DNA from: Eukaryota sp. GEM-RC1
Taxonomy: Eukaryota
Assembly (NCBI GenBank): GCA_040285855.1
Contig: JAUFOQ010000001.1
Coordinates: 2,728,001 to 2,792,000 of the forward strand
Length of the DNA stretch: 64,000 bases
Direction: 5' to 3'
In this document: positions 23,624 to 36,510 of the stretch, piece by piece
Position numbering within the stretch: the first letter of the stretch is position 1
Layout of the letters: every line of letters starts with the position of its first letter
Notes under the pieces: generated by a model
The model's input: the letters and a program-made list of their open reading frames with translations, nothing else
Databases searched by the model: none
What the model was told of the DNA's origin: nothing
Position numbers and translations under genes: made by a program

Positions 23624-25374
23624 ATGAACCTCTCCTCTCATTTGGATTCTTTACAATCCATTGACCTTGTTCGACTCGCCAAGTGCCTGAATGCTTTCGG
23701 TTCATCTTCAATAGACCATTCAACTATTCTGCAACATTCCTCTCCAGTTTTAGACCAGCTCTATGTAGAGTATCTTTCTAACATTAAATCCACAATAACC
23801 AATTTCTCTGCTCTACCAGACCTCGTTGACAAGGATTGCTCATCTACCCTCAACACTCTTTCAACAACTCTACAACAGATCCATTCCAATCCTCTAATAT
23901 CCAAAGCTAAACCTCTCTTTGATCAATATAAAGCCAATGAACAGTCTCTTGCTGAAGTTCAATCTCTCTTCAACAAACTCTCCATCCCCCATTCTGCTTC
24001 AGAGATTCTCCACTCATCTCTATCCCCATCTACCTTCAACTCTTATCTTGATTCTCTCACCATACTCGCTACTCTCATATCCAACGCAGAACATCTCTCT
24101 TCCACATACAGTCTTGCTGGCATCGTCATGACGCAGCTGACCAACCTAATGTCCTCTTCTCTTTCTAAACTAAGTTCCTATGTACATTCTTGCCTTACCA
24201 CCACTGCTTCCTCCTTCTCTGTTTCTTTAGAGTCCTTCCTTCCCGCCCTGCAACTTCTTGTCAAGCGACCTTCAATGCTAACCGATGCTCTGGAGCCAAT
24301 CATTTTTGATAGGGTTGCTGACGTCAACAAAACGTTGGGGTTGCGGTCTTCAAAGTCGTTATCGAAAATGTTGGCTGTGTTACACGAAATAATTGAAATT
24401 GAATTTGATTATTTTAAAAATCTTTTTAGTGGATGTGAAAATTTTGATATTGTGTTGGAAAACATTCTTAATGAAATTTGTACAAAATCGCAATTATTTG
24501 ATCAATTGAAAATTGTTCTACTTACATATAGAAATTTCAATACTTTACCAACAACTCCAAAAACATTTGAAAATTTCAATTCTTCTTCACTTGATGTTGA
24601 TATTCTTTTGATGAGTTGTTATATCATTTTTCAACTAAAATGGGAAATGCACGTGCTACTTTTCTTCGAGATTTGGCATTAGCAAGTGTTCATCAATCAT
24701 TCTCTTCAATCAAATGTGTGATTGATTGTTTTCAGTCGTTTTTTGAGAAGCAGGTCAAAACTTCTGCTTTCTTTGAAATATTTTCAAAAATTGTTCAAAT
24801 TTTAAGCCGATTCTACTCTCTTGGTGATACCTTTTCAGATCAATCATTAATGAATGCTGTTAATTTCTCTGATCATTTTACCTCTGTGATAACTGAATCA
24901 TCACGATCTGATTTTGACTCTTGCCTATTCTGCCTTAGTCATCTACACTCAATTTCAAGGGAACTTACTTATAACATTGACTCGTTTTTCATTGAGAAGA
25001 TTCACCAGCTTTTGATGGATTGCATCTCGGAACTTTTCAATTTCACAGCAAATTTCTTTTGTGTTGATGTTATGGAGAAGTTTAAATTGTCCGACTTTGT
25101 TATGTCTCACCATGATGGACAATCAGAATTGATTGATGAGGAGTCGTTCCTTTCTGGAATGATGACTGCCTACAGATATGTTTCTCAATATAATTCTTTA
25201 CCATTATCTAGAGAGAAGCTTTCCAAATTACCGTCGTCTGTTATTTCAATGATTGTTCCAAATATTTTTAAATTGTTTGAGAATATTTGGGATAATTTGC
25301 TTGACTTGGGTTTTGATGTGTTACAGAAAAATTCCATTGATTTTGAACCTATAACACAGTTTCTACATTATTAA
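23624..25374 (+). CDS. Helical tethering-complex subunit, COG6-like; frame break near 24606 (T run)
   Basis: ~580 aa all-alpha protein after adding one T (..DILFDELLYH..). The ALQLLVKRPSML segment resembles COG6; weak support. Confidence 0.4.
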
Positions 25375-25784
25375 ATTTTAAAATTTTGGATGGTATTCAT
25401 TTCTGTACGTAATTCCGCTTATTAATTCGATTTTGATTACGTCACATTTTGATCCTTCATTGACATGTTTCTATTTTTTAACAGAAAATGATTTCAAGTC
25501 TCTTTTTTATTTAATAATGGCATGTTGTTCTTGTATTTAGCATCCACATCATTTTTGAATATTTCGATTTCTCGAAGTTTTGTTTACAGATAACTGTGAC
25601 TCTTTGATAAAAGTTCTGGTTGGGTTTTTTTCTGGTTAAGTAACGATACGGTTTAATTTCAATTCTTTTACATAATGGATATGATACGGGTTATGATCCA
25701 AAACTCTCTCTACTAGTCTATCATTTCATTGTGACAAGATACGTGCACGTCATCAACTGTATCTGATAACGTGGTACTGCATAC

Positions 25785-26509
25785 CAGGGATGTTAAAAAA
25801 TATATTTAAATAAATAAAGTATTGTGTGGTTTTACAATAAATATATTGATGTTGACAACACCACACTAAATATATTGATATTTAAAAATCTGACAATAAA
25901 TAAATATATTTATTGCCAATATCTCTACTAGTAGTACATACTAGTATAATGTAGAAAAAACAGGGTTTATGATCATTCAGAGAAAAAAGTTCTAATGTAG
26001 CAGTGCAGTGTACTCCCAATTGTCCATTACATCCCCATCTTGGTACAACAAATCTTGACAAGAACTGTGGAGAACAATTCGAATAGTATTTTCGTGTCAA
26101 AGTTGCGAGTTGTACGTTAAAAGTAACTATTTCTCAAGGCTTGAAGGGTACAAACGTGATCGTACAAGTGTAGAGTGTCAGTAGTAAGCATTGCTCGACA
26201 TAACAATCTTTCGAACAACTAAAATCTTTAGTCATTTTGATTCATAACAGTATGATCAACTGTTTGTATCATGACTTACAAAATCGAGACAACATTGAAC
26301 GAGTTGTTTGAAGAAAGTTCGATATTTGCAAATGAAGACACGACAATTTAGCATGAAAATATATTGTCACAGTATTGAAATATTTTGCAATATTATTGCA
26401 TAATGCCGTTTGAGACAATAAATACAATGTTGATCCAACTGTTGACAATAAATAAATCAATAATATTTATTGCAATAAATAAATAATAAATAATTTTTTA
26501 ACATCCCTG
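25785..26509. mobile_element. hAT-type MITE
   Basis: TIR CAGGGATGTTAAAAAAT; 8-bp TSD CTGCATAC (25777-25784, 26510-26517). Confidence 0.92.
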
Positions 26510-27447
26510 CTGCATACACCAGCAAGTAGAAGAATAGAAGACATCAAAGGAGAAATTACAGTATCGATATATAGCTAACAGTAGTTAAAACCAGTCTTAT
26601 TAGAAGGGATTGGATGAGACAGCAGCTGAGAAATACATCAATAACTAACAGGTTCAGCAAAGCGTCATATACGTAAGACTTGTTAGAAAAAGAAGCGTCG
26701 GTTTTATGTTTCTCCCAGTGTGGCTGTGCCGCTGTGGGCATGAAATACCATTATGTAATCCTTAACTCTCAACATCGTAATCAGAGGGAAACTCTGCTGC
26801 TTTTCTAAACTGGAAGTGGAGGGTTGATATATGTAACGGACGCACAGTTGTTGACAATCACACACGATCTGACAGTTTACTCTTCATAAGTGATATGGAC
26901 AATTATCATATTCTGATTCTAGTTCCAGACAATTTGATCTCAAACAAAAGTAGAACAACTGTTAATTTATCACGAACTAAGATAAATATATTTATTTGTA
27001 CTGTATTTCATCAATAGTCTACCAATTAATTTCTTTGTTGTTGGACAATACTATTTTTCTGTTTCTACCATGTTCCAAAAGGGATTGTCGGGGTTTATTT
27101 CAGAATGAGAAACTGCCACTAAGACTTGAAAAGTAGATAGAGTAATGAAGGAGGACTTAAATTTTGTTGAAGTTTTTTTGTGGAGCTTATTTTTCCTTCA
27201 TAGTGAAGCCGCTTTTAGAATATGATGTATTCGTTTCAGTTAACAACTTACTGTAACTGCATGTAGTTGTTTGTTCATGTCTATTAGCCTAACTTCTAAC
27301 AAATACCCAAAATAGCCACCAAGTTTAGTGTGAACAATTGTGTCAAAATATTTTGATCATTTCCACGCTTTGAACACAGGGTTCGTAGATGCTTTTAAGT
27401 AATAAAAGAATTTTAATGTTTGCTAAACAATTAGAATGTTATCAAGT

Positions 27448-29022
27448 TTATTCAACGATTTCAAGTACGTGATTACTATTACATAACCTAGCATACGGAT
27501 AATAATGACCACTACTTAATCTGGGAAGAGTTCCAGTAAGAATAATTGAAGAATTACTCACAGATTTGATTGTTAAAGTGTGATTGATGAGATTTACATT
27601 GATTTCGAGTAATTCACCAGGATTCCACTGAGTTTTGTTTCCTGAGAGACAACCAGAAACAAGACCATTATAATTGCGAAAACAGTGAGCACTCCCATAA
27701 CAACCACCTTCAACACTAAACTTTGACTCGTCAATGACTCCAACAACAAGATTATCAGTATACCCCTGGTACCTCAACTTCCAAGTAAAATCATTACCTG
27801 GAAGAAGTGGATCTTCTCCCAATATATTTCTCCACCCAATACCACCACTTCCAACAACAACTCTCTTTCTATCCCCACTAACTTGTAACTGAGAATGTTT
27901 CTTAGTTGGGGAGAATCTAATCACTTTTGATTGAGGAACTGATGGAGACACCACTTGAGTTTCTGTAGTTGTCTTTTTAAGTTGCTCAATTTCCTGTTGT
28001 AGTTTGGTAATTTCGTTAGACTTTGTAGCAGTTAAATTCTGAATATCAGTTGTTAAACCAGAATTGTTGCTATCTAAATCAGAAATTGTTGTCTTCAAAT
28101 GAGAGATTTCTGTCTTCAAATCATGATTTTCCGTTGCTAAATCAGTAGTAAGTGTGTTTAAATCAGAATTGTTACTTTCTAAATCCGAACATTTGGTAGT
28201 TAATTCAGAATTTTGAATGTTCAAATCAGAATTTTCTTCCTTCAAATCAGAATTTTCCTTCACCAACGAGTCAAAATAAAGATTCTTAACTCTTGTGAAC
28301 AAAAACTTCATCAAATCGGCTTCCAATTCTTCAACATCTTTTAAAGGAACAAACAAAAACTCATCCCATTGTTGAAAAGAAAAGGCTTCAATTGAACAAG
28401 AATTTAATACAGTTAAAAACTCATTCAAATCAAAACTTTGATTCAAAATTGATTCCACCATTGATTTAATGAACCACGATTGAGATTGAGTGGAAGTACA
28501 GTATTTTGAAAGTGTTTGTAACCCTTCAGTAGTGATTTCCATCACGTCATCAATCAGAAGGTCATCAATTTTACAAAAGAAAGGACCAGCGAATTCCAGA
28601 GCTCTCAAGTCACTTCTTTCATTTGCTTCTTTAATGAATAATTTTAACCAAGCCCAAGTTACGAGATGGGTGTCTAGGTGGTTTTCCACTTGTACGATCA
28701 GTTTGTCCACTTGGAAGTAGTGAACGAGAAAGTAGAAGTCATAGGCATTGTTCTCGTTGAGGGTGAAAGTTCGTCCAAAGAAGGACTTGATGAAGGCAAG
28801 AAAGTTGTTGGAATGGACAGGGAGATGGGAGAAGTCGATTGGGTTTTCGTCTCTATCACCAAACTCCAAGAACCAAAGAGACCGAAAGTAGGTAGAATGG
28901 GCAGCAAGGATGATTCTATGTACTTCAATAGACTCTTCTCCAAATGTAATAGTTTGATTACAGAGGGAAGGGTCATCGAGGATGATGGAAAGAGTTTCTG
29001 TTGGGGGAAGAGAGAATGACAT
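27448..29022 (-). CDS. BTB/POZ - coiled coil - B30.2/SPRY-like protein
   Basis: VHRIILAAHSTYFRSL (BTB), heptad NSDL repeats, and a C-terminal beta domain (TWKLR..VGVI..GELLEINVNL..YPYA). Start taken at MSFSLPP, shared with the paralog. Confidence 0.8.
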   Translation of the reverse strand: MSFSLPPTETLSIILDDPSLCNQTITFGEESIEVHRIILAAHSTYFRSLWFLEFGDRDENPIDFSHLPVHSNNFLAFIKSFFGRTFTLNENNAYDFYFLVHYFQVDKLIVQVENHLDTHLVTWAWLKLFIKEANERSDLRALEFAGPFFCKIDDLLIDDVMEITTEGLQTLSKYCTSTQSQSWFIKSMVESILNQSFDLNEFLTVLNSCSIEAFSFQQWDEFLFVPLKDVEELEADLMKFLFTRVKNLYFDSLVKENSDLKEENSDLNIQNSELTTKCSDLESNNSDLNTLTTDLATENHDLKTEISHLKTTISDLDSNNSGLTTDIQNLTATKSNEITKLQQEIEQLKKTTTETQVVSPSVPQSKVIRFSPTKKHSQLQVSGDRKRVVVGSGGIGWRNILGEDPLLPGNDFTWKLRYQGYTDNLVVGVIDESKFSVEGGCYGSAHCFRNYNGLVSGCLSGNKTQWNPGELLEINVNLINHTLTIKSVSNSSIILTGTLPRLSSGHYYPYARLCNSNHVLEIVE

Positions 29023-29941
29023 TTGAAGCAGTGCAAAAGGAGGTGAGAAATGGTATGTACAATGTTTTTCTACTGAACTGCATGTGGTTTGTCTAATTAG
29101 TGTCATCAGCAATTTAGTCTCAGTGAGACTAATTCTTAAGTTGACCTTTGTTAATGAGACTATAATCCAAGTACATGTATACTCGATATAGATTAATTTT
29201 TGTTTTCTATGTTTCCTATGCTCTGGTTGGCTTTACGGACTATTCATATGTTCCATCATGACCGATCTTTTTAAGCATCTTACGACCTCAAGACCCTGCT
29301 GTTATTACCTCCGAGGAAAATATCTGGGATTCTGATGGAATTTCAGACAGTACAAACCATGGTTACACGTAGTGAACTCTCTTTGGACTTTGAAGCTGAT
29401 GAACATATAAACAGCACTCAAATGTACATTGCTTTTGAAAAAATTGTTGGAAAATAAGCTGAATTTTGTGGTGGGACTGAGAATCACACTGATCACTGTC
29501 ATTCGCAACAATAAATAATAAAAAATGATAAAGTAATCTTATACTTAGTAATTCAATTATAAATTATTGTCGAATTTGAATTGAGGGCAGACTAGAAGTG
29601 AAATTATACTTCTTTGGAATTGTATCTCAATTAATATAAACAATATAATACAACAGTTCTGATGAACATTGACCTAAGTGCCTTGAATTAACAAGCTCCT
29701 TCGAAGACCAGAATCCAAGTCGTTCAGTTACAAATGGTAAAGAATTTCAAAATCTAGAACAGAATAATTTGTAAGGTATTTTGTAGAAAGTACCGATTTT
29801 CGAAATATGGGGCAACCCTTAATCATTCTTTCCAGAACCCTTCTTTATGGCTTTCAATTACCGAAACAAACTTTGTATTTTACAATAACAACAATAATGA
29901 ATATTGAAAATGATTTTTTATTGTCCTTTTTTTACAAACTA

Positions 29942-30553
29942 CACTTCAGGAAACATTTAGTCTCACTGCAGAATTAGTCTCAGTACAAAATTAGTCTCAG
30001 TGAAACTAATTGTGTCCTGCTCATTTTGAAAAGTCCTCTTGTGAGACTATATTTGTCCTGCAATTTCCAAATACAACAACTTTTTTTGTAAATTAAACTG
30101 TTCCTTACAGCTCGTCCATAGACATTAATTACTAACAACAAACAGCTGGGATGAATTACCTCTGCACGTAAAATGTATACATATGAATCTAGACCTCATT
30201 TTATTCTATTTGTGATTAGTTAGTCTTTCTTTCAGTAACATGGTCTTCGAACACAATTCGAAAGTCTTTTAAACTAGTTCAAATCCATGTTTAATCTGCT
30301 GTTCATCAAGAACAAAGCGTGCTAGCATAAGTTGAGGGTGACTGATTGATTGGAGCCTAGATGATGGTGATCATTTGTGTGTTAGTGATCAAATCTGAGT
30401 AATGAAGTCTATTTTAACACTTCGACAATTGTGCAAAATTAGTCTCAGTGCAGAATTAGTCTCACTGAGATTTGGTGAGACTAACTTTGGGATGACTAAC
30501 TAAAATCTTGAGTACAGAATTAGTCTCAGTGAGACTAAATGTTTCCTGAAGTG
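29942..30553. mobile_element. MITE with CACTT termini and TA target duplication
   Basis: Perfect TIR CACTTCAGGAAACATTTAGTCTCACTG flanked by TA; many TTAGTCTCA/TGAGACTAA subterminal repeats. Confidence 0.85.
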
Positions 30554-31757
30554 TAGCTTAATAGATCCCTCATTACAATCTGATAATACCGAAAAGTCAT
30601 ACAGTGTGTATTAATGCGAAGGAACAGGTGTTGTTATCACTGTTCAAAATGTACATGATACGTGTGATCAACAAGTATGGTCCAAAAGTCTATTAGTCTA
30701 CCTTACATGGTGGAAAGGCATGATCAACACCGAATTCGAGGACGTCACAGTGACATTGCATCATAATGAGACTAAACACTAGGCATCTGCTTGCAGAAGG
30801 ATGGAGAGCACTAAAGAAGAAAGTACAATGCAGACAGCGATCTACCAGTCAGTAAAAATAGGTAAATAGAGTTTAATTGGAAAGGAGTGAATGTGATAGC
30901 AACTGAAAAACGTATCCATAACTAACTGGTTCAGTAAAGACTCATATACGCACAACGTGAAGTGTGAAAAAACTTGTTAGAAAATAAGCATTGGTTTTAT
31001 GTTTCGCACAAGGCAGTGGCAAGACACTTACGGACTTCAGAGCTCTCATCAATTCTTCATCCGAGGGAAATGATTGCATGTGCGTTATTGTAACGGAAGG
31101 AAAAATGAGGAGGGTTGTATAATGTAACAGACGAACAATTGTTGAGATAGAAACCAATTCAGCTGACATGAAACAGTAAAGAAATCTTCCAGAACCCAAG
31201 AATGAATCTTGAGAACAAGGTCAAAACATCTGAAACATGACACGAATCTTCATCATTGGCCATGGTGTTGTCTTAGTTTGAAAAGACAAATGAACGTATT
31301 ACCTATAGAAATAATCCTGATAGAGTAAAGTCGCTCTGTAGTTAAGTGAATGAGAAAAGGAAAAGGACAAAGAGGACAAATATTCAATAGCGAATCTGCG
31401 TGCTTCTGAAAACACACGTGTTCGAGTGTACAAATACACTCTGACTATATGCACCACTCAATGTATTATCAATTCATTTACTGTTACAAAACGCACCACA
31501 TGTCAAACGCACAACAACAATCTTTCCTAACACTTTCCCTCTATCGTCCTTCTTAACTTAAATTGCTGCAAGCTTCTCAGTAACAGCTCTCTCGCTGTGC
31601 TAAAAGTGATGAACATAATGTTCAGACTTATTCATGTTGAAATGAAGTTTTTTTTGTGGAAAGTAATCTGTTTACACCATTTGCGCAAAGGTCTTAGTTA
31701 AATCACATGGGTGTCTTCAAACCTCCACCAAAAGATAGGATGAAGCAAGTTTAATGT

Positions 31758-33870
31758 TTACTTAATTGTATTGAATATTGAAAAACAGTCCAATGGTTCC
31801 ACGTCTGCCCCTTCTATTGTTATATTACTATTAATTTTTAACGCCTCAGCAAATGCCATAACACCTTCATCTCCCATAGGATTGAGTCTAAAATCAAGAC
31901 ATGTCACTGTAGTGTTTACTTTTAATGCCTCTGCCAATGCTCTAGCACCTTCAGCTCCAATAGAGTTCTGTAACAAACATATACTTGTGACTGTGGTATT
32001 AACTATCAACGCATCTGCCAAAGCTTTAGCACCTTCATCTTCTATAGTGTTTGCGTCTAAATCAATAATGGTAATTGTAGTATTAACTTTTAACGCATCT
32101 GCCAAAGCTCTAGCACCTTCAGCTCCAATAGAGTTGTTTTCCAGATCAATACACGTAATAATGGCATTGACTTTTAACGCATCTGCCAAAGCTCTAGCAC
32201 CTTCAGCTCCAATAGAGTTGTTAAATAGATCGACACTTATAAACGAAGTATTAACTATTAACGCATCTGCCAAAGCTCTAGCACCTTCAGCTCCAATAGA
32301 GTTGTTAAATAGATCGACACTTATAAACGAAGTATTAACTATTAACGCATCTGCCAAAGCTCTAGCACCAGGATCTCCAATCAAATTTCCACCAAGGTCA
32401 ATACAAACACCAGTATTGATTTTTAACGCCTCTGCCAAAGCTCTAGCACCTTCATCTCCAATAGAGTTTCCGTACAGATTAACACTTGTAACTGTAGTAT
32501 TAACCTTTAATGCATCTGTCAAAGCTCTAGCACCTTCAGCTCCAATACCGTTTCCACTGATAAAAATAGCAGTAACCGTATGATTAACTTTTAACGCTTC
32601 TGCCAAAGCTCTAGCACCTTCATCTCCAATAGAGAGGTACTTGAGATCCACACTTGAAACTATATCATTAACTTTCAATAATTCTATAAACTCCATAGCA
32701 ATAGAAGGATCAACACCAACATGAAGTTGCTTTAGACATGGGAAAATGGACTAAGCCTTGTTTAGAAATTCCAAGTCATTGTGAGTCTCCAATTTCAGCT
32801 GCAAACCTGAAATTACATGAGAAAAAACTCAATATTTCATCAACATTAAAAATCCCGTATACGTACAAGAAAACAGACTGCACGTCTGCTTTGAGGAAGC
32901 AAGCAATTGAACAGAGTTTAGGAAGATCTTCCAGTGGTACGTGGAACGTGCTTGTTTGAAAAAACACGTTAATTGCTAGAAAAGCAGATTCAAAGAAATG
33001 ATGGCTTACATAGCCAACATTCTTAAAGAATGAAATTAATTCCGACTGTAAATCCTGGAGAAGATAGTAAGCATTGCAACGGCTTAGTTGTAGGGAAGAC
33101 TTACAAAGAAGTCTCAATAAGTGGGCATTAACAAGAATCATCAAAGACTGCTGAAATCGTATGTATCTTGAAGAAGATTGAAATGAGGATGTCAAAGTGA
33201 GAAAATCAAGTGATTTAGGTTCAGCATTAGGATTAGACGCACATGTCAAAGAATTCAATGGTTTAACAGAAGACTGAGGAGCAGAGGCTACATAGGTACG
33301 AATAGGACGGCCATGAATCTTAAACATCCAGTACTCATCTAAGCATTGCTTGAGTCCTTCAGCATCAAGAAATTCGACGTAGTACTGGCCCGGTATATTA
33401 CCAGAGGAACGCACTTCTTTAACGGGAAGAGAGGCCAAAGTTCGTTTGATGCCGGCCTCTGTTGTATTGTATGCAACGTTGACGAGTTTTGCAATGAAAG
33501 GGGCTTCGTAGGGAAGTTCATATTCCTCGTGGTGTGGACGTTGAGTGGAAACGTGTGATTCTCTGGTAACACTTGGATTGCAGGATGAACGAGTAGCATC
33601 AATCTGGAAGGAAGATATAATATCAGTTCTGTCTTGCTTATCACCTACTATCAGATGATATACTACACATAGACTCTCAGCAAGTTGAATCTCTTGATAT
33701 CGAATATTATCTCCTAGTCCAGTCTTAAAACTTTTTCCACCAAGTTTATTATCTAATCTCTGTTTGAATCGTAACTCGCAAGTTGTATCAGTTCTCATGA
33801 AAACTCGTTTTATTAGCATGATTGCGCCATAACAAAAGTACGATACTTTATCATTTGATAATTTGAACAA
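31758..33870 (-). pseudogene. Chimeric RRM + family domain + RI-type (28-aa) LRR gene, with a frameshift (~32822) and an in-frame TAG (~32751)
   Basis: ~9 IDLxxNSIGAEGARALADALKVN repeats; RFQQSL domain shared with 44887 and 51400; eIF4B-like RRM upstream. The true start is uncertain. Confidence 0.7.
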
Positions 33871-35077
33871 TACGTACGAACTCTAGTCGTCTGAGTTAGT
33901 GCGAGTTGACTGTATTTTTAAGTGTTCCGAACTTCAATTAAATTTGCAATTTTCAGTTGCGATCATCAACAATTTTTGGCTGTTGACTCTTGCAAGTCTT
34001 CAGATATTGCTCAAATTTTGAACCCTTCGAAAGATTCGCTATATGACGCTGAAAATGAGAATGCTAGTGTATCAAGGTAAGTACATTAAATCACAGCCTT
34101 GAATCCATGGTGACACTATAACATTGTCTTTCAGCCTTCGTCAGAATCTTCATATACAAATTTGCGTTCTTTTGGTAAGGAGCTGCTACATTTGTTTGTT
34201 AAAGTTTGTTCAGAATTTGATCAGAACCTTTAGTGTGTTAATCGTTACAGATTATACTGCTACACTGATTGTTTCACTTAGTCTCACTGGCACTAATTCC
34301 GTACGTCATTTTCACTGGTCACATATCGGAATTAACTATCATTGAGACTAATTATTTCGCACTTGTATTAGTCTCCAATTACAATCATTTATGATAATGA
34401 AAACATTGAAGGACAATAACCCTAATTCAATTGAATAACATCATCAACCATTTGTTCTTGCTCGAAGTCTCTTTCAGGAAGAGGAAACATACATTTTCAT
34501 TTTCACTTTGTAAGTTAATGCCACAGATACGTTCATTCTATTATGGCCAAGTTGTTTGGTTGTAATTACTTTTCAGAATTGGGTAGACCGTACGATAGTT
34601 TGTTCTATTAGTCTCTATTTAGTAAATGTGTGGTTGCCACAACATAATTTCATAAACGAAATTTCATGTACTAGCATCCATCCTTTCAACTGTGTAATTC
34701 AGCTACAAACAGCAGAACATCATGAAACTATTGTGAATCCGTCTCCTCCATGACGAATCGTCGGAAATAAGTCTACTCATAATAGAGTTGTTGCACTTTA
34801 GATCAATCCAGTTGTACTGATTTCTTCAGAAACTGTTCCAACACAAGGTACCGCATGATGAACACATTAGCTTTAACACTAAACTTAACATACAAATATT
34901 ATTGGTTAGTTTGTAAACTGGACAATGATATCATTCGTGCAGTCATCGGCCTTACGTCATCACTACATTAATTGACACTCATCGAGTTTTCAGACTCTCT
35001 CTGGTGTTAACAACATGTTTCAGTTTCATCGTAGGATTTCATTGTTGTAGATATCATGTTCACCTTCTACTACATCA

Positions 35078-36510
35078 ATGCTTCAAGGAACTTTAGAACC
35101 CAGTGCAGAAGGACCGGTAGATGTTGAAGTTAATGACATCAAACGATCACAAGTCTCTTTCTATGACAAAATTGATGCCTTAATCTCTCGCTATACGGAA
35201 ACTGATGTCTGTCCTATTGGAGAGACAAGAACTTATGAAATGGATCTCATTCTGCGGCTCATCTTTGTTCTCGCCACGGTCGGTTTTCCTTTCTTCAGTG
35301 CCGATACCTTGATAACAAGATTGGCTAAACGTTGGGGATATCAAATTTATCTAGCAGCTACACCCAACATAATAACAGTTGTTGTCATTGGTGAGAGACC
35401 AAACAAGGCCAGCGTATACACAGTTTGTTGGACTTTCCTCACTAGATCTGATCACAGGTTCCGCTTTATAGAAACATTCCAGGTATGTGTACTTCGACTC
35501 TCATTTAAGGTCCATTCTTCATGGATTTGATAGAAGAATATGGTGTGTTGCTAAATGAAGCAATTACAGGAAGAATTGATATAGACGAAACTTATGAACG
35601 GCTTTATCGAACACTCTCTCGAAAGCACAACAGACCGGCTGCTCTGTACCTCATTGCTGGAGCTACTTCTGCCTTGGGACTGGTAACGTTGTTCCCAGAA
35701 TCTCATTGGCTTGATTTGGGAATTGCTGCTGCTGGAGGTTTTCTTACTCAGCTGTTATTGCTGATAGGCAAACAGCCATGGATAATTTCAAGATTTTTTA
35801 AACTTTATGAGTTTACGGTCCCATTCTTCGTTTCCTTCTTTGTAGCTAGCGTTGCAACCTTCTTGCCAATCTCCCAAGAATCCATTATCATTGCTAGTAT
35901 CTCATGGATTCTTCCAGGAATCACTGTCACTTTAGCTACACTAGAACTTGCAACGTTAAACACTGTTCTTGGATCGGCGAGGTTTGTCTTTGCCATAATT
36001 GTTATCTTGCTCTTGGCGTTCGGAATAACAGGTGGTCTATTTGCAATTACTTTGTTCACATCAAGACCTGTTGACTATGATGGAGGTGGAATTCCGGTTT
36101 TATTTTTGCTTCTGTTTATACCAGTAATAGCAGTTTCATTTGCAGTCCTAATGAATGCCAAAGTACACCAGTTCTTGACATTCACCATTGCATCAGCCCT
36201 TGCTTACTCCATTGAGAGAGTATCAAGACCAGCATTAAACGATTTCAGTGTCGCGGCCTCAGCATTTGTGGTAGGTGCGTTTTCCTACCTGTATAGCTAC
36301 CTCTTTAAACAACCAGCGATCATATTTAGTGTTGCTGGGATCCTTATTCTTGTTCCAGGATCTCTAGCAGTTCTTGGTTTCGTTGATGTGATTGGAGGTG
36401 ATGTGGTTGATGGATTGGTAGTTGCTTTGCAGGTATTAATTATTTCTGCACAAATCTCACTAGGGCTACTGTCCGCTACGGTCATATTTAATTCGTCAAA
36501 AACAATTTAA
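35078..36510 (+). CDS. ThrE-family (threonine/serine exporter-like) membrane protein; introns 35423-35457 and 35483-35509
   Basis: ~10 TM segments with ILPGITVT..EL...GSARF and ILILVPGSLA motifs. Splicing gives ..VYTVPLYRNIPGPFFMDL.. Confidence 0.8.

Noticed and set aside
26560..31300. Mutually similar minus-strand fragments at ~26690-26860 and ~30975-31150
   Set aside because: Probably relics of one gene family; no intact ORF or recognisable motif.
31771..32583. 270-aa plus-strand repetitive ORF
   Set aside because: Antisense shadow of the LRR gene.
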